Assembly (NCBI GenBank): GCA_963828165.1 | Contig: CAWHDR010000001.1 | Location: 1,088,001-1,152,000 of the forward strand | Direction of reading: 5' to 3' | Source: an uncultured Chloroflexia bacterium | Lineage (GTDB): Bacteria > Chloroflexota > Limnocylindria > Limnocylindrales > CSP1-4 | Length of the DNA: 64,000 nt | Shown here: positions 19,800-29,334 of the stretch, piece after piece | Layout: each line of letters opens with the position of its first letter | Position numbering within the stretch: the stretch's first letter is position 1 | Translations under genes and position numbers: made by a program | The notes under the pieces: generated by a model | Databases searched by the model: none | What the model saw: the letters and a program-made list of their open reading frames with translations, nothing else | What the model was told of the DNA's origin: nothing

Positions 19800-20372
19800 A
19801 TGGCTGAGCTGACGCTCAATCTCCGAGCGAGCCGCGAATTCGTTGGCTGGCCGCTCGCAATCGTGTATCCCGCGATCGTGATCGCCTCGCTCCCGATCTG
19901 GCCGTTCGGCTGGAATCTCGCTCTTCACATCCTCGGCGCGGCGTTGCTCATCGGGAACGCGCTCGTGATGGCGGTATGGCTCACGGTGGCGGGCTTCTCG
20001 CAAAGTGATCCTGCCAAGCGGCGTGCCGCTCGAGTCGTCAACCTCGGGGATGCTTGGTTCACCGTTCCGGGCGTGATCCTGCTGCTGTTGAACGGGTTGG
20101 CGATGGTCGGCGCCCGATACGGCGGCCTGGACGTCTTCACCACGACCGGCTGGATCACCGCCGGCGTCGTGCTCCTGACCCTGACCGGGATCATCTGGGC
20201 CTTCCGGCTCGTGCCCGCCCAGCTGGCTCTGTATCGGCTTGCGGCCGCGGATGGGCCACTTGATGTGGAAGCCTTCCGGGGCGTCCTAAGCCGCTGGTAC
20301 TTGTGGGGCGTCATCGCGACAGCCCTGCCACTGCTCGCCGTCTTCGTCATGACGACGAAGCCCACCCTCTGA
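19800..20372 (+). CDS. DUF2269-like membrane protein
   Basis: LHILGAALLIGN, FTVPGVILL, WYLWG...VMTTKP; AAGGAG RBS. Confidence 0.8.
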   Translation: MAELTLNLRASREFVGWPLAIVYPAIVIASLPIWPFGWNLALHILGAALLIGNALVMAVWLTVAGFSQSDPAKRRAARVVNLGDAWFTVPGVILLLLNGLAMVGARYGGLDVFTTTGWITAGVVLLTLTGIIWAFRLVPAQLALYRLAAADGPLDVEAFRGVLSRWYLWGVIATALPLLAVFVMTTKPTL

Positions 20373-20489
20373 TCAACCGAAAGGAATTCGGCCGGTTGTC
20401 CTTCTGTTTGTGGTCCTCGTCGCGCACGGTCCGCGTAGTTCTAGCGGCCGCTCGCTCAGAAGTGGGCTGGAACGTCGACTCGTTCGACC

Positions 20490-20735
20490 TCAGGGCTGAT
20501 CGTCCCGCTTGCGCATGAGCTGCAGGACCCCGTCGGCGTCTTCACACACTGGACAGCGCAATCTCGGCGGCGGGCCACCACCAGACCACACCGCGAGTGC
20601 CCTTGGTGTGCGGAAGGTCGCCCCGCAGGCTGTTGCCGTACGACGGAGATGTCGCGCCACAAAGCCAGGGGTTCCTCGAAGGTGCCAACGATTGGTCCAC
20701 TCCCCATGGTGGATCCACTCGCGCGCGCTCGTCAT
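20490..20735 (-). CDS. Small putative Zn-binding protein
   Basis: WH...TACG...RCPVC; TAGGCT-N6-ATG leaderless start. Confidence 0.45.
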   Translation of the reverse strand: MTSAREWIHHGEWTNRWHLRGTPGFVARHLRRTATACGATFRTPRALAVWSGGGPPPRLRCPVCEDADGVLQLMRKRDDQP

Positions 20736-20936
20736 GCGCGGAGCCTATCGACGGTGGCCTTCCGCTCACCACCCGCATGCCTGGCTTGCGTCTTGCAGGC
20801 GCGTCACGTTTCAGAATGCCACTCGCGAGGCACACCACTGCGGAAAACGAAATCCGAACATGGGCTAGCCCGATTGGCTGCTTATCGCCCTGCTGGTCGC
20901 GCGGTACGGTCGGGCCGACCCCCTTGGAGTAGTTGA

Positions 20937-21683
20937 GTGTCTGATCCTGTGTCCGAGAGGATCCTGCCCGAACCCGTCACGCAGCCTTCGCCCCGTCGTC
21001 AAGGCGGGCGAGGCGTTACCGCCCGCCTCGGACGACGCCTCCGGCTGGTGCTCCGACAATCGAGCGAGATGCCGGCCGCGGACGAGCCGCCCGTCTCGAG
21101 CGCCTTGCCTCCCGAGGTCGAGTTCATCGGCTATGCCGAGGACTGCCTGTTCCGAGGTCACGTCCGAATGGCGGCTGATCGCCTGACGGACCTGCTCAAC
21201 GACCACGACGAGTACGAGCTCGTCGACGTGCTCGTGGAGGATCTCGCCGGCGACCGGACCGTCCAGCTCAGGGACATCGTCATCGCCAGAGACGAGCTGC
21301 TTCTGGTCCATGTCGTGGGGCCTCGCGGCGATCGAGGTCGACGTGTCCGGACGAGACAGCATCCACTGGCGATGCAAGTCGGGCCGTATCAGGTCCGTGG
21401 CTATATCCACGCACTGCCAGGGACCGACGCCGTATCCAGCTTCCGCCATCGCAAGCCGATGGTCCCGCTCACCGAGGCGTGGATCGACTACCTGCAGGGC
21501 AACGCCCAGCAGCGCCGTCAGGTCGCGACGGTCGTCGTGAACCGCCACCAGGTGGACTGGGTGGTCGAAGCGCAGGAAGCCGAGGTCGAGATGCCAGACC
21601 TGTTCCTCCAGCCCGACCAGGGACCGTTGTTCAAGGACTTCACGGGCTACGTCCTGCGAGGTCAGGCCCAGCGCGACCGCTAG
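20937..21683 (+). CDS. Hypothetical protein
   Basis: Good codon bias; RLTDLLN and VPLTEAWIDY beta-rich internal repeat; start uncertain. Confidence 0.7.
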   Translation: MSDPVSERILPEPVTQPSPRRQGGRGVTARLGRRLRLVLRQSSEMPAADEPPVSSALPPEVEFIGYAEDCLFRGHVRMAADRLTDLLNDHDEYELVDVLVEDLAGDRTVQLRDIVIARDELLLVHVVGPRGDRGRRVRTRQHPLAMQVGPYQVRGYIHALPGTDAVSSFRHRKPMVPLTEAWIDYLQGNAQQRRQVATVVVNRHQVDWVVEAQEAEVEMPDLFLQPDQGPLFKDFTGYVLRGQAQRDR

Positions 21684-21859
21684 CAGCATTGGTCGGACGC
21701 CCGGAGGGCGGGAAAGCCTCCTCGGGCGTCTCGGCGACCAGACGAGTCCCACGCCTTGGTCCGTCTCGGCAATCAGGCAACGTCAGGCGATCGGTCGCGA
21801 TCTCAGCCATCAGCCTGCGCGGATCAGACCCATCGCGCCGCATCGCGTAGCGTTACCTA

Positions 21860-22312
21860 ATGAGCCGCGAGACCGAGGATCTCAACCGGCGCTTACTGCG
21901 CGCTCGCGATGCGATGGACCGTTCATACGCCGAGCCGCTGGACGTCCGCGCGGTCGCGTCGGTCGCCCACATCTCGCCGGCGCACTTCATCCGCAGCTTC
22001 CGCGCGGTGTTCGGCGAGACCCCGCATCGCTACCTGCAGCGCCGGCGGGTGGAGCGCGCCATGTTCCTGCTGCGCGAGAGCGATCGGACTGTCACGGACA
22101 TCTGCTTCGACGTCGCCTTCACCAGCTTGGGAACATTCAGCAGGACCTTCCGCAAGATCGTGGGCGAGACGCCGTCCGGCTATCGCCGAGGCCATGGCCC
22201 GATCGTCGCTCCCCATTGTGTACAGCTCGCCGCGATGCGACCGCGGGTGGCGGTTGGCGAAACCATGCGATCGAGCAGTTTTGGAGAAGCGGCTCCTGCG
22301 ATCCAGCCGTAG
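21860..22312 (+). CDS. AraC family regulator (HTH only)
   Basis: SPAHFIRSFRAVFGETPHRY, FTSLGTFSRTF. Confidence 0.92.
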   Translation: MSRETEDLNRRLLRARDAMDRSYAEPLDVRAVASVAHISPAHFIRSFRAVFGETPHRYLQRRRVERAMFLLRESDRTVTDICFDVAFTSLGTFSRTFRKIVGETPSGYRRGHGPIVAPHCVQLAAMRPRVAVGETMRSSSFGEAAPAIQP

Positions 22313-22315
22313 GGT
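22270..22315 (+). promoter_or_regulatory. Putative AraC-activated promoter (copy 1)
   Basis: ATCGAGCAGTTTTGGAGAAGC-N19-TAGGGT; near-identical copy at 25761-25716. Confidence 0.65.
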
Positions 22316-22353
22316 GAACGACGTCCACATCGAGACCAGGGAGAACAAGCGAG

Positions 22354-22785
22354 ATGATCACCAGGCTCAACGTCGCCTCCATCTACGTCCTGGACAAGGA
22401 GGAGGCCCTCGACTTCTACGTCAACAAGCTTGGCCTCGAAAAGGGTAACGACGTGCGCCAGGGCGACTATCGCTGGCTGACGATCCGGGTCCCGGGCGAG
22501 CCAGGCACCGAAGTCTCGCTGGAGCAGCCCGGCCCGCCGCTGCATGACGAAGCCACGGCAGCGCAGATCCGGGAGCTCATCACCAAGGGTGCCCTGGGCG
22601 GCCTCGTGTTCATCACCGACGACGCTCGCGGCCTTTACGAGATGCTCCGCGAGCGCGGTGTCACCGATTTCACGCAGGAGCCCACCGATCATTTCTACGG
22701 CACGGACATGGGGATTCGGGATCCGTTCGGCAACCCGATCCGGATCCTCCAGCAGGGCAAGGCCGCCCAGAAGGCGACAGCCTGA
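22354..22785 (+). CDS. VOC/glyoxalase family protein
   Basis: EEALDFYVNKLG, RWLT, RDPFGN. Confidence 0.9.
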   Translation: MITRLNVASIYVLDKEEALDFYVNKLGLEKGNDVRQGDYRWLTIRVPGEPGTEVSLEQPGPPLHDEATAAQIRELITKGALGGLVFITDDARGLYEMLRERGVTDFTQEPTDHFYGTDMGIRDPFGNPIRILQQGKAAQKATA

Positions 22786-22808
22786 GGCGCGACCGGACGA
22801 AGGAGGAC

Positions 22809-23297
22809 GTGAAGATGCCGAGCAAGCCGGCAACGAAGAGCGAGCACGGGACTCGCGACGATGATCGAGTCTTCTCCGAGGCGGAACGTGCCGCGGTCGC
22901 CGCGACCGCCCGTGAGCGAAAGGCCACCTCCGCCCGCAACCCGGCCGAGGCACGCGCCGAGGGCCTCAAGGACCTTCGCGACAGCCTGGCCAAGATGCCC
23001 GCGGACGACCGGGCGATGGGGGAGCGGATCCACGAGGTCGTCTCCGACGCCGCCCCGGCGCTCGTCCCGAAGACGTACTACGGCATGCCGGCGTACGCCA
23101 GGGAGGGCAAGGACGGCAAGGTCATCGCCTTCTTCAAGCCCAAGTCGAAGTTCAAGGTCCGCTACTCGACGGTCGGCTTCCAGCCTGACGCGACCCTTGA
23201 CGACGGCGACATGTGGGCGACCGAGTTCGCGGTGATCAAGCTCACACCAAACGTGGAGTCGCGGATCGCCGAGCTCGTCAAGAAGGCCGCCGGCTGA
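22809..23297 (+). CDS. DUF1801/YdhG-like protein
   Basis: [31 protein letters not shown]. Confidence 0.85.
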   Translation: MKMPSKPATKSEHGTRDDDRVFSEAERAAVAATARERKATSARNPAEARAEGLKDLRDSLAKMPADDRAMGERIHEVVSDAAPALVPKTYYGMPAYAREGKDGKVIAFFKPKSKFKVRYSTVGFQPDATLDDGDMWATEFAVIKLTPNVESRIAELVKKAAG

Positions 23298-23433
23298 GGG
23301 CTGGCTCGCGGACTGACGCGCCATCGATGGCCGGGGCGCCCGCGAGAACATGCTTCCGGGGTGTCATCGTCGACATCCCGACGTGCTTCGACCGGGTTTC
23401 GAAGCCGTCGTGGTCGGAGGGTATCCTCGGTCG

Positions 23434-25035
23434 ATGACCTCGCTCCGGGCGCTCCTCGATACCGCGCTCGCGCGTCTGGGCGCCATCGGGGCCGACAGCC
23501 GGGACGACGAGGAGACGCGCGGCCGGAAATCACTCCTCGTGCTCGTGTCGGTGCTGATCCTCCCGGTCTCGCTGCTGTGGGGTGGTCTCTATCTCGCGCT
23601 TGGAGCGCAATCCGGTGTGCTCGCGTTCATCTACTTCGCCATCTCGCTCGGAGCGATCGCGCTCTTCGCTCGCACGAGAGACTTCGCGCTGTTCCTGCAC
23701 ATCGAGTTCCTCGACATCCTGCTCGCGCCGAACCTGTCGATGATCCCGCTCGGCGGGTTCATCACGTCCACCGGCGTCGGCGTGTGGGGCATCCTGGCCC
23801 CGATGGGCGCGCTCGTATTCGTGGGTGTGCGAGCTGGCATCCACTGGTACGTGGCGTTCCTGGCGGTCTTCCTCGGCTGCGGCATCGCGGGCGAGATCCT
23901 GGGCACCATTTCCCCGCTGCCGATGTGGTTCACGACGGTGATGCTGGCGCTCAACATCGCGGTCGGCGGGACGATGGTGTTCACGCTCCTCGCGCTGTTC
24001 GCCCAACAGCGACAGGAGGCCCTGACGGCCCTGCAGGTCGCCCAGGACCAGGCCGAGAACCTGCTCCTCAACGTGCTGCCGCGCCCGATCGCCGAGAAGC
24101 TGAAGGCCGAGCCCCAGACCATCGCGGACAGTTTCACCTCGGCGTCGATCCTCTTCGCCGACGTGGTCGACTTCACCCGGCGCTCCGAGCAGCTGTCACC
24201 GGCCGAAGTCGTCGGCATCCTCGACCATCTCTTCAGTCATTTCGACATGCTGGCCGATCGATACGACGTGGAGAAGATCAAGACCATCGGCGATGCCTAC
24301 ATGGTCGCCGCGGGAGTCCCGTCACCGCGCCCGGATCATGCCCGCGCGCTGGCGCTGATGGCGCTCGATATGGTCGATGCCATGCGCACGAGCGACGAGG
24401 TGGGACACCTCGGCCTGGAACTGCGGGTGGGCATCAATTCCGGCCCCGTGGTGGCGGGCGTCATCGGCCGCAAGCGATTTCTGTACGACCTGTGGGGCGA
24501 CGCCGTCAACACCGCCAGCCGGATGGAATCGTCGGGGACCGCCGGACGGATCCAGATCACCCGCGCGACCTACGACCTGATCGAGGATGAGTTCGTGTGC
24601 GAGCCGAGAGGGACGATCTCGGTCAAGGGCAAGGGTGAGATGGAGACCTGGTACCTGATCGAGCGACGAACGACAACCGCTGCCGGTGTTGCAGGCGCAG
24701 AGGTGGCAGCGCTCGGAGGCGACCCGCTAGCGACGCGATCGCGATGCCGCTGCGACGCTTCGACGGCCCGGAGGCCCCGGGACGGATTATCGTTCCGGGA
24801 TGCCGCGCGATCCGAACATCCCCGACGCGTTCGACGTGTTCACGCTGGTTCTTCTGCGCCGTCCCGACGACGCCCCGGAGATGCCGGAGGCCGAGCTCGA
24901 CGCCCTGCAGTCCCGGCACCTGGCCTACCGAGCGAAGCTGCGCCAGGACGGCGTGCTGGTGGCCAACGGCCCGCTCGGGGAGCAGTCGGATCCATCGTTC
25001 CGCGGCCTCTCGATCTTCTCGTGCGACCTCGATGA
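23434..25035 (+). CDS. Membrane adenylate/guanylate cyclase (class III); true stop probably near 24.7 kb
   Basis: 6 TM, ILFADVVDFT, KIKTIGDAYM, YDLWGDAVNTASRMES, VKGKG; tail overlaps next gene. Confidence 0.88.
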   Translation: MTSLRALLDTALARLGAIGADSRDDEETRGRKSLLVLVSVLILPVSLLWGGLYLALGAQSGVLAFIYFAISLGAIALFARTRDFALFLHIEFLDILLAPNLSMIPLGGFITSTGVGVWGILAPMGALVFVGVRAGIHWYVAFLAVFLGCGIAGEILGTISPLPMWFTTVMLALNIAVGGTMVFTLLALFAQQRQEALTALQVAQDQAENLLLNVLPRPIAEKLKAEPQTIADSFTSASILFADVVDFTRRSEQLSPAEVVGILDHLFSHFDMLADRYDVEKIKTIGDAYMVAAGVPSPRPDHARALALMALDMVDAMRTSDEVGHLGLELRVGINSGPVVAGVIGRKRFLYDLWGDAVNTASRMESSGTAGRIQITRATYDLIEDEFVCEPRGTISVKGKGEMETWYLIERRTTTAAGVAGAEVAALGGDPLATRSRCRCDASTARRPRDGLSFRDAARSEHPRRVRRVHAGSSAPSRRRPGDAGGRARRPAVPAPGLPSEAAPGRRAGGQRPARGAVGSIVPRPLDLLVRPR

Positions 25036-25183
25036 GGCCCGGCGCTTGAGCGACCTCGATCCGTCGGTCCAGGCAGGGCGCTTGACCTACGACGTGTTCG
25101 AGTGGTGGGTTGCCGCGGGGACGCTGGCGTTTCCGGGCACGACGGGGGCGGTCGGCGAGCGCCGCGCGATGCCTGACGATTGA
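24800..25183 (+). CDS. YciI family protein
   Basis: LQSRHLAY, VANGPL, DPSVQAGRL; TATCGT-N6-ATG. Confidence 0.8.
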   Translation: MPRDPNIPDAFDVFTLVLLRRPDDAPEMPEAELDALQSRHLAYRAKLRQDGVLVANGPLGEQSDPSFRGLSIFSCDLDEARRLSDLDPSVQAGRLTYDVFEWWVAAGTLAFPGTTGAVGERRAMPDD

Positions 25184-25226
25184 CGCCGGCCGCTCGCGGT
25201 GATGGCCGCTGTCGATCCTCGACCGC

Positions 25227-25676
25227 TCAGCTCACCGCCTTCGTCACGAGCTCGGCGATTCGCGCCTCGTCGGCGGCGGTCAGCTTCGTCAACGCCCAGG
25301 ACGTCGGCCACATCGAGCCTTCGTCGAGGTTCGCGCCCTCGTCGAAGCCGAACGTGGCGTATCTCGACTTGAACTTATCGGCCGCCTGGAAGAAGCACAC
25401 GTTCTTGCCATCCTTGGCATAGGCGGGCATCCCGTACCAGAGCTTCGGAGCGAGCCCTGGCGCCGTGGCCCTGACGATGGTGTGGATCCGTTCAGCCATG
25501 ACGCGATCCGAATCCGGCATCTCGGCGATCTTCGCGAGCAGCGCCTTCTCAGCCTCGGCCTGGCTCGCCTCCGCCTTCAGCTCTTTGGCACGCTCTCGCA
25601 TCGCGGCCTTTTCTTCGGTCGAGAACCCCTTGGACTTGCCCGTCGTGCGCTTGTTGGCTTTCGGCGTGGCGTTCAT
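25227..25676 (-). CDS. DUF1801/YdhG-like protein (paralog)
   Basis: [32 protein letters not shown]. Confidence 0.85.
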   Translation of the reverse strand: MNATPKANKRTTGKSKGFSTEEKAAMRERAKELKAEASQAEAEKALLAKIAEMPDSDRVMAERIHTIVRATAPGLAPKLWYGMPAYAKDGKNVCFFQAADKFKSRYATFGFDEGANLDEGSMWPTSWALTKLTAADEARIAELVTKAVS

Positions 25677-25715
25677 CGGGGTTCTCCTTGCGAGTCTTGA
25701 TCGGGGACGACCCCG

Positions 25716-25761
25716 ATGCTAGGCAGCACACGCTGCCGTGGCTTCTCCGAAACTGCTCGAT
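25716..25761 (-). promoter_or_regulatory. Putative AraC-activated promoter (copy 2)
   Basis: ATCGAGCAGTTTCGGAGAAGC-N19-TAGCAT on minus strand. Confidence 0.65.
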
Positions 25762-25800
25762 TGGTCTGGGCGGCGGTCGGATGTCGCGGTGCTGGGTCAC

Positions 25801-26034
25801 CTAGGACGGGTCGGGCGCCGAAGCGCCGCCCGCCAGCGTCGCGAACAGGTCCACGCCGTTGTCGTCCGGGTCGAGGACCGTCGCGTAGCGCATCCCCCAG
25901 AACGCATCGAATGGCTCGAGAGGCGGCTCGCCATCCGCACTCGCCGGAAGGTCGAAACCGAGCCGCCGGTAGAACGCCATGGACCGGGCCATGTCGGCCA
26001 CGACGAGGCCGATGAGGTCGAAACGCGCCGTCAT
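25801..26034 (-). pseudogene. VOC family protein with apparent in-frame internal deletion
   Basis: Has N-terminal DMARSMAFYRRLG and C-terminal PFDAFWGMRYATVLDPDDN but only 77 aa. Confidence 0.6.
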
Positions 26035-26067
26035 GGTGTCAGCGTAGCGAAACCCACGGGCCGCTGA

Positions 26068-26511
26068 TCAGCCGGCGAGGAGCTCGACGACTCGGAAGCG
26101 CTGGAGCACGACGAGCGTGTCGTCATCGAGGACGAAGGCCGGGTCGCCGAGCGTCGCGCGCAGGTCGTCGAGGTAGCCGTTCCAGAATCGCTCGTGCGCG
26201 ACCCGGAACTCGTGCGCGTCCGCGTAGCCCTCTCCTTCGTCGATCGCATGCCGGTCGTCGACATCGGCCAGGCGGACGACGCGGCAGTCGACCGTCTCGA
26301 TCACCGCAACCGCACGTTCCTCGGAATCGAGCAACACCTCACGGGCGCCCCGGATGGGGATCGCCTCGCCCTCGGCCTCCATCTCGGCCAGCAGGCCGGC
26401 AGTCGTCGTTTTGGTACCGGCCAGCGCGAGCGCCGTTAGCTCATCACGGAGCGGACCGGGGAAGGCGAACCCCCAGGCTGGAAGCGCGGCGAGGTCGGCG
26501 CGAAGTGGCAT
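26068..26511 (-). CDS. ASCH domain protein
   Basis: AGTKTTTAGL, HAIDEGEG, HERFW. Confidence 0.88.
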   Translation of the reverse strand: MPLRADLAALPAWGFAFPGPLRDELTALALAGTKTTTAGLLAEMEAEGEAIPIRGAREVLLDSEERAVAVIETVDCRVVRLADVDDRHAIDEGEGYADAHEFRVAHERFWNGYLDDLRATLGDPAFVLDDDTLVVLQRFRVVELLAG

Positions 26512-26543
26512 CAAACGGATCGTAGCCGCTCCCGTGGCACCAC

Positions 26544-26574
26544 GTGCACAAAACTTGTGCACACTTTCTTTGCA
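26544..26574. promoter_or_regulatory. Operator of ArsR-type regulator
   Basis: Palindrome GTGCACAA-AAC-TTGTGCAC plus overlapping second TGCA-N9-TGCA. Confidence 0.6.
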
Positions 26575-26591
26575 TGATAGTTTTGGTCGCG

Positions 26592-27170
26592 ATGACGACC
26601 GAATCGAACGCCTCCACGCTCCATTTGGACGCCCATGCCGTGAAGGTGCTCGCGCACCCGCTCCGATCGCGCCTGCTCGGCGCGCTGCGGCTCGGCGGCC
26701 CGGCGACCGCCACCGCCCTGGCGGAGCGCCTCGGCACGAACAGCGGGGCGACGAGCTACCACCTGCGTAAGCTCGAGTCGGTCGGACTCGTCGAGGAGAC
26801 CGGCGAGGGACGCGGCAAGGAACGCCCCTGGCGCGCCTCGACCGAGATGCACAGCTTCACCCAGCGCGACGTCGCCTACGACGCCGACGGCCAGGCGGCC
26901 GCGGACTGGCTGCGCCGGTACTACCTGCGCTCGTTCCTGGATCGCTATGAGGCCTGGCTGGACGACCACGCAGCGTGGTCGCTCGAGTGGCAGGAGGTCG
27001 CCGACGCCAGCGACTACCTGCTGCGCGTGTCGCCGCGGCGTCTCGCGGAGCTCGAAGCCGAGATGCGCACGCTCCTGGAGCGGTATCGAGACCCGGACCC
27101 CGATGACCCCGATGCCCTCCCCATCGAGATCCACCTCCACGCCTTCCCATTGGAAACGGCTCGGCGATGA
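26592..27170 (+). CDS. ArsR/HTH_20 winged-helix regulator
   Basis: VLAHPLRSRLL, GATSYHLRKL. Confidence 0.88.
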   Translation: MTTESNASTLHLDAHAVKVLAHPLRSRLLGALRLGGPATATALAERLGTNSGATSYHLRKLESVGLVEETGEGRGKERPWRASTEMHSFTQRDVAYDADGQAAADWLRRYYLRSFLDRYEAWLDDHAAWSLEWQEVADASDYLLRVSPRRLAELEAEMRTLLERYRDPDPDDPDALPIEIHLHAFPLETARR

Positions 27171-28462
27171 CGGCCCTCGACGCGCGCTCCGCGCGGCGGC
27201 GCTACCTGATCCTTCTGGCCCTTCGCTGGCTCCCGACGGGGCTGCTCATCCCGATCTTCGTGCTGCTGCCGCTCTCGCGCGGACTGTCGCTGACCGAGAT
27301 CGGGATCGTCTTCTCCGTCCAGGGCTTCGTCGTGCTCGCTCTCGAGCTGCCGACCGGTGGTCTGTCCGACTCACTCGGTCGTCGGCCGGTCCTCATCCTC
27401 GCGAGCTTCATCGGCCTGGCGTCGCTCGCGCTCTTCTTCCTCGCCGACTCGGTCGGGATGTTCGCGGCGGCGATGTTCCTGCAGGGCATCTACCGCGCGC
27501 TCGACAGCGGCCCGCTCGAGGCCTGGTATGTCGACGCGACGCTCGCGGCGGACCGCGAGGCGCGGATCGAGTCGGGTCTCGGGGCCGGAAGCACGGTGCT
27601 CAGTCTCGCGATCGCGACCGGGGCGCTGCTGTCGGGCGGTCTCATCGCACTCGACCCGTTCCCGACGATCGAGACGCTCGCCCTGCCTCTCCTGGTGGCC
27701 CTCGGTCTCCACGGGGTCGGCCTCGTCGCCAACGTGACGCTCATGCGGGAGGTCCGAACCGCCCGCGGCGCCCGCGCGATCGCGAGCTCCGTCGCGGCCG
27801 TGCCCGCGGTCATCCGCGACGGTCTTCGTCTCCTCCGTGCCTCGCCCGTGCTGCTGGCCTTGATCCTCGTGGAGCTCTTCTGGGGCTTCTCGATGGTCAC
27901 CTTCGAGGGCCTGTTCCCGATCCGCCTCGCCGAGGTGGTCGGTGACACCGCCCAGGCGGCCGCCTTGATGGGCCCGGTGAGCTCCGGAGCGTGGTTCGCG
28001 TCGGCGGCCGGAGCGGCGGTGATCACGGTGGTGAGCCGCCGCATCGGCGTCGCCCGGTCGGGAGCCATCCTGCGCATCCTCCAGGGGCTGACGATCGTGG
28101 GGATGGGCCTGCTCGCGGGGCCCGTCGGCGTCGTGATGGCCTACCTGGCGTGTTACATCGTCCACGGCGCCTCGAACCCGATGCACACGACCCTGCTCCA
28201 CCGGCAGGTCGATGGTCCACATCGGACGACCGTCCTGTCGATGAATTCGATGATCAGCCAGCCGGCCGGTGCCATCGGCGCGATCGTGCTCGCCGCCCTG
28301 GCCGACGGAACGTCCGTGGCGACCGCCATGGTCGTCGGCGGCATCCTGTGCGCCGTCGCGGCGCCGCTCTACATCCCGGCCTGGCGCGCCGAGAAGGCGC
28401 GCGGGACGGTCCCCGAGGAGCTCCCGCCGTCTGCGTCGGAGGTGTCAGACTCCGCCGCGTGA
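27167..28462 (+). CDS. MFS transporter
   Basis: ELPTGGLSDSLGRR motif A; about 12 TM. Confidence 0.9.
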   Translation: MTALDARSARRRYLILLALRWLPTGLLIPIFVLLPLSRGLSLTEIGIVFSVQGFVVLALELPTGGLSDSLGRRPVLILASFIGLASLALFFLADSVGMFAAAMFLQGIYRALDSGPLEAWYVDATLAADREARIESGLGAGSTVLSLAIATGALLSGGLIALDPFPTIETLALPLLVALGLHGVGLVANVTLMREVRTARGARAIASSVAAVPAVIRDGLRLLRASPVLLALILVELFWGFSMVTFEGLFPIRLAEVVGDTAQAAALMGPVSSGAWFASAAGAAVITVVSRRIGVARSGAILRILQGLTIVGMGLLAGPVGVVMAYLACYIVHGASNPMHTTLLHRQVDGPHRTTVLSMNSMISQPAGAIGAIVLAALADGTSVATAMVVGGILCAVAAPLYIPAWRAEKARGTVPEELPPSASEVSDSAA

Positions 28463-29334
28463 CCGCCAACGGCCCGTTGAGCGTCGAGCGACACGCGACG
28501 GCAACGGACTTCCTCGACGCAGCCGGCGCCTTCCTGGTCGAGCGCGAGGCCGAGCACAACCTGATCTTCGGGATCTGCGCGACCCTGGCCGCCGACCCCG
28601 GGTACGCGAGCGAGCCCTATCTCGCCACGGTGTCGCAGGCGGGCCGCGTCGTCGGGGCCGCCGTGATGACGCCACCCTGGAACCTGGTGCTGTCGTGCAT
28701 GGACGAGCCGGATGCGCCCACCGCGCTGGCGACCGACCTGGACGCCCGCGGCATCTCGATCCCCGGCACGACGGGTCCGGTCGAGATCGCGAATCGATTC
28801 GCCGAGGGCTGGTGCCAGGCGCACGGTCTCGACCGGGGTCGCGGGATCGCCGAGCGGATCTACCGGCTGGAACGGGTCGTGCCACCCGACGGTGTCGCAG
28901 GCACGGCCCGCATCGCGAGCGAGGCCGATCGCGACCTGCTGGTCGACTGGGTCGACGCGTTCCTGCTCGAGGCGCTCGACCGAGCCGAGGCCGGGGCTGC
29001 CGCGGCGCTGGTCGATCGGTCGTTCCGGACCGGCACCCGCACCTGGTACCTGTGGGATGACGGCGAGCCGGTCTCTGTCGCGGCCGCCGGTGGCCCGACG
29101 CCGAACGGGATCCGTATCGGGCCGGTCTACACGCCACCGGATCGGCGCCGGCACGGCTATGCGAGCGCGCTCACCGCCGCGGCCAGCCAGGCAGAGCTCG
29201 ACAAGGGGCGGCGGTTCGTCTTCCTCTTCACCGACCTGGCGAACCCGACCTCGAACAAGATCTACCAGGCGATCGGCTACGAGCCCGTGATCGACGTCGA
29301 CCAGATCACGTTCGTGCCCGCCGACCGGGGTTAG
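28459..29334 (+). CDS. GNAT family acetyltransferase
   Basis: VYTPPDRRRHGYAS, NPTSNKIYQAIGY. Confidence 0.88.
   Translation: MTANGPLSVERHATATDFLDAAGAFLVEREAEHNLIFGICATLAADPGYASEPYLATVSQAGRVVGAAVMTPPWNLVLSCMDEPDAPTALATDLDARGISIPGTTGPVEIANRFAEGWCQAHGLDRGRGIAERIYRLERVVPPDGVAGTARIASEADRDLLVDWVDAFLLEALDRAEAGAAAALVDRSFRTGTRTWYLWDDGEPVSVAAAGGPTPNGIRIGPVYTPPDRRRHGYASALTAAASQAELDKGRRFVFLFTDLANPTSNKIYQAIGYEPVIDVDQITFVPADRG

Noticed and set aside
16435-21800. Second island downstream of attR
   Set aside because: Patchy intergenic DNA suggests accessory origin, but no further att copy or mobility gene was found
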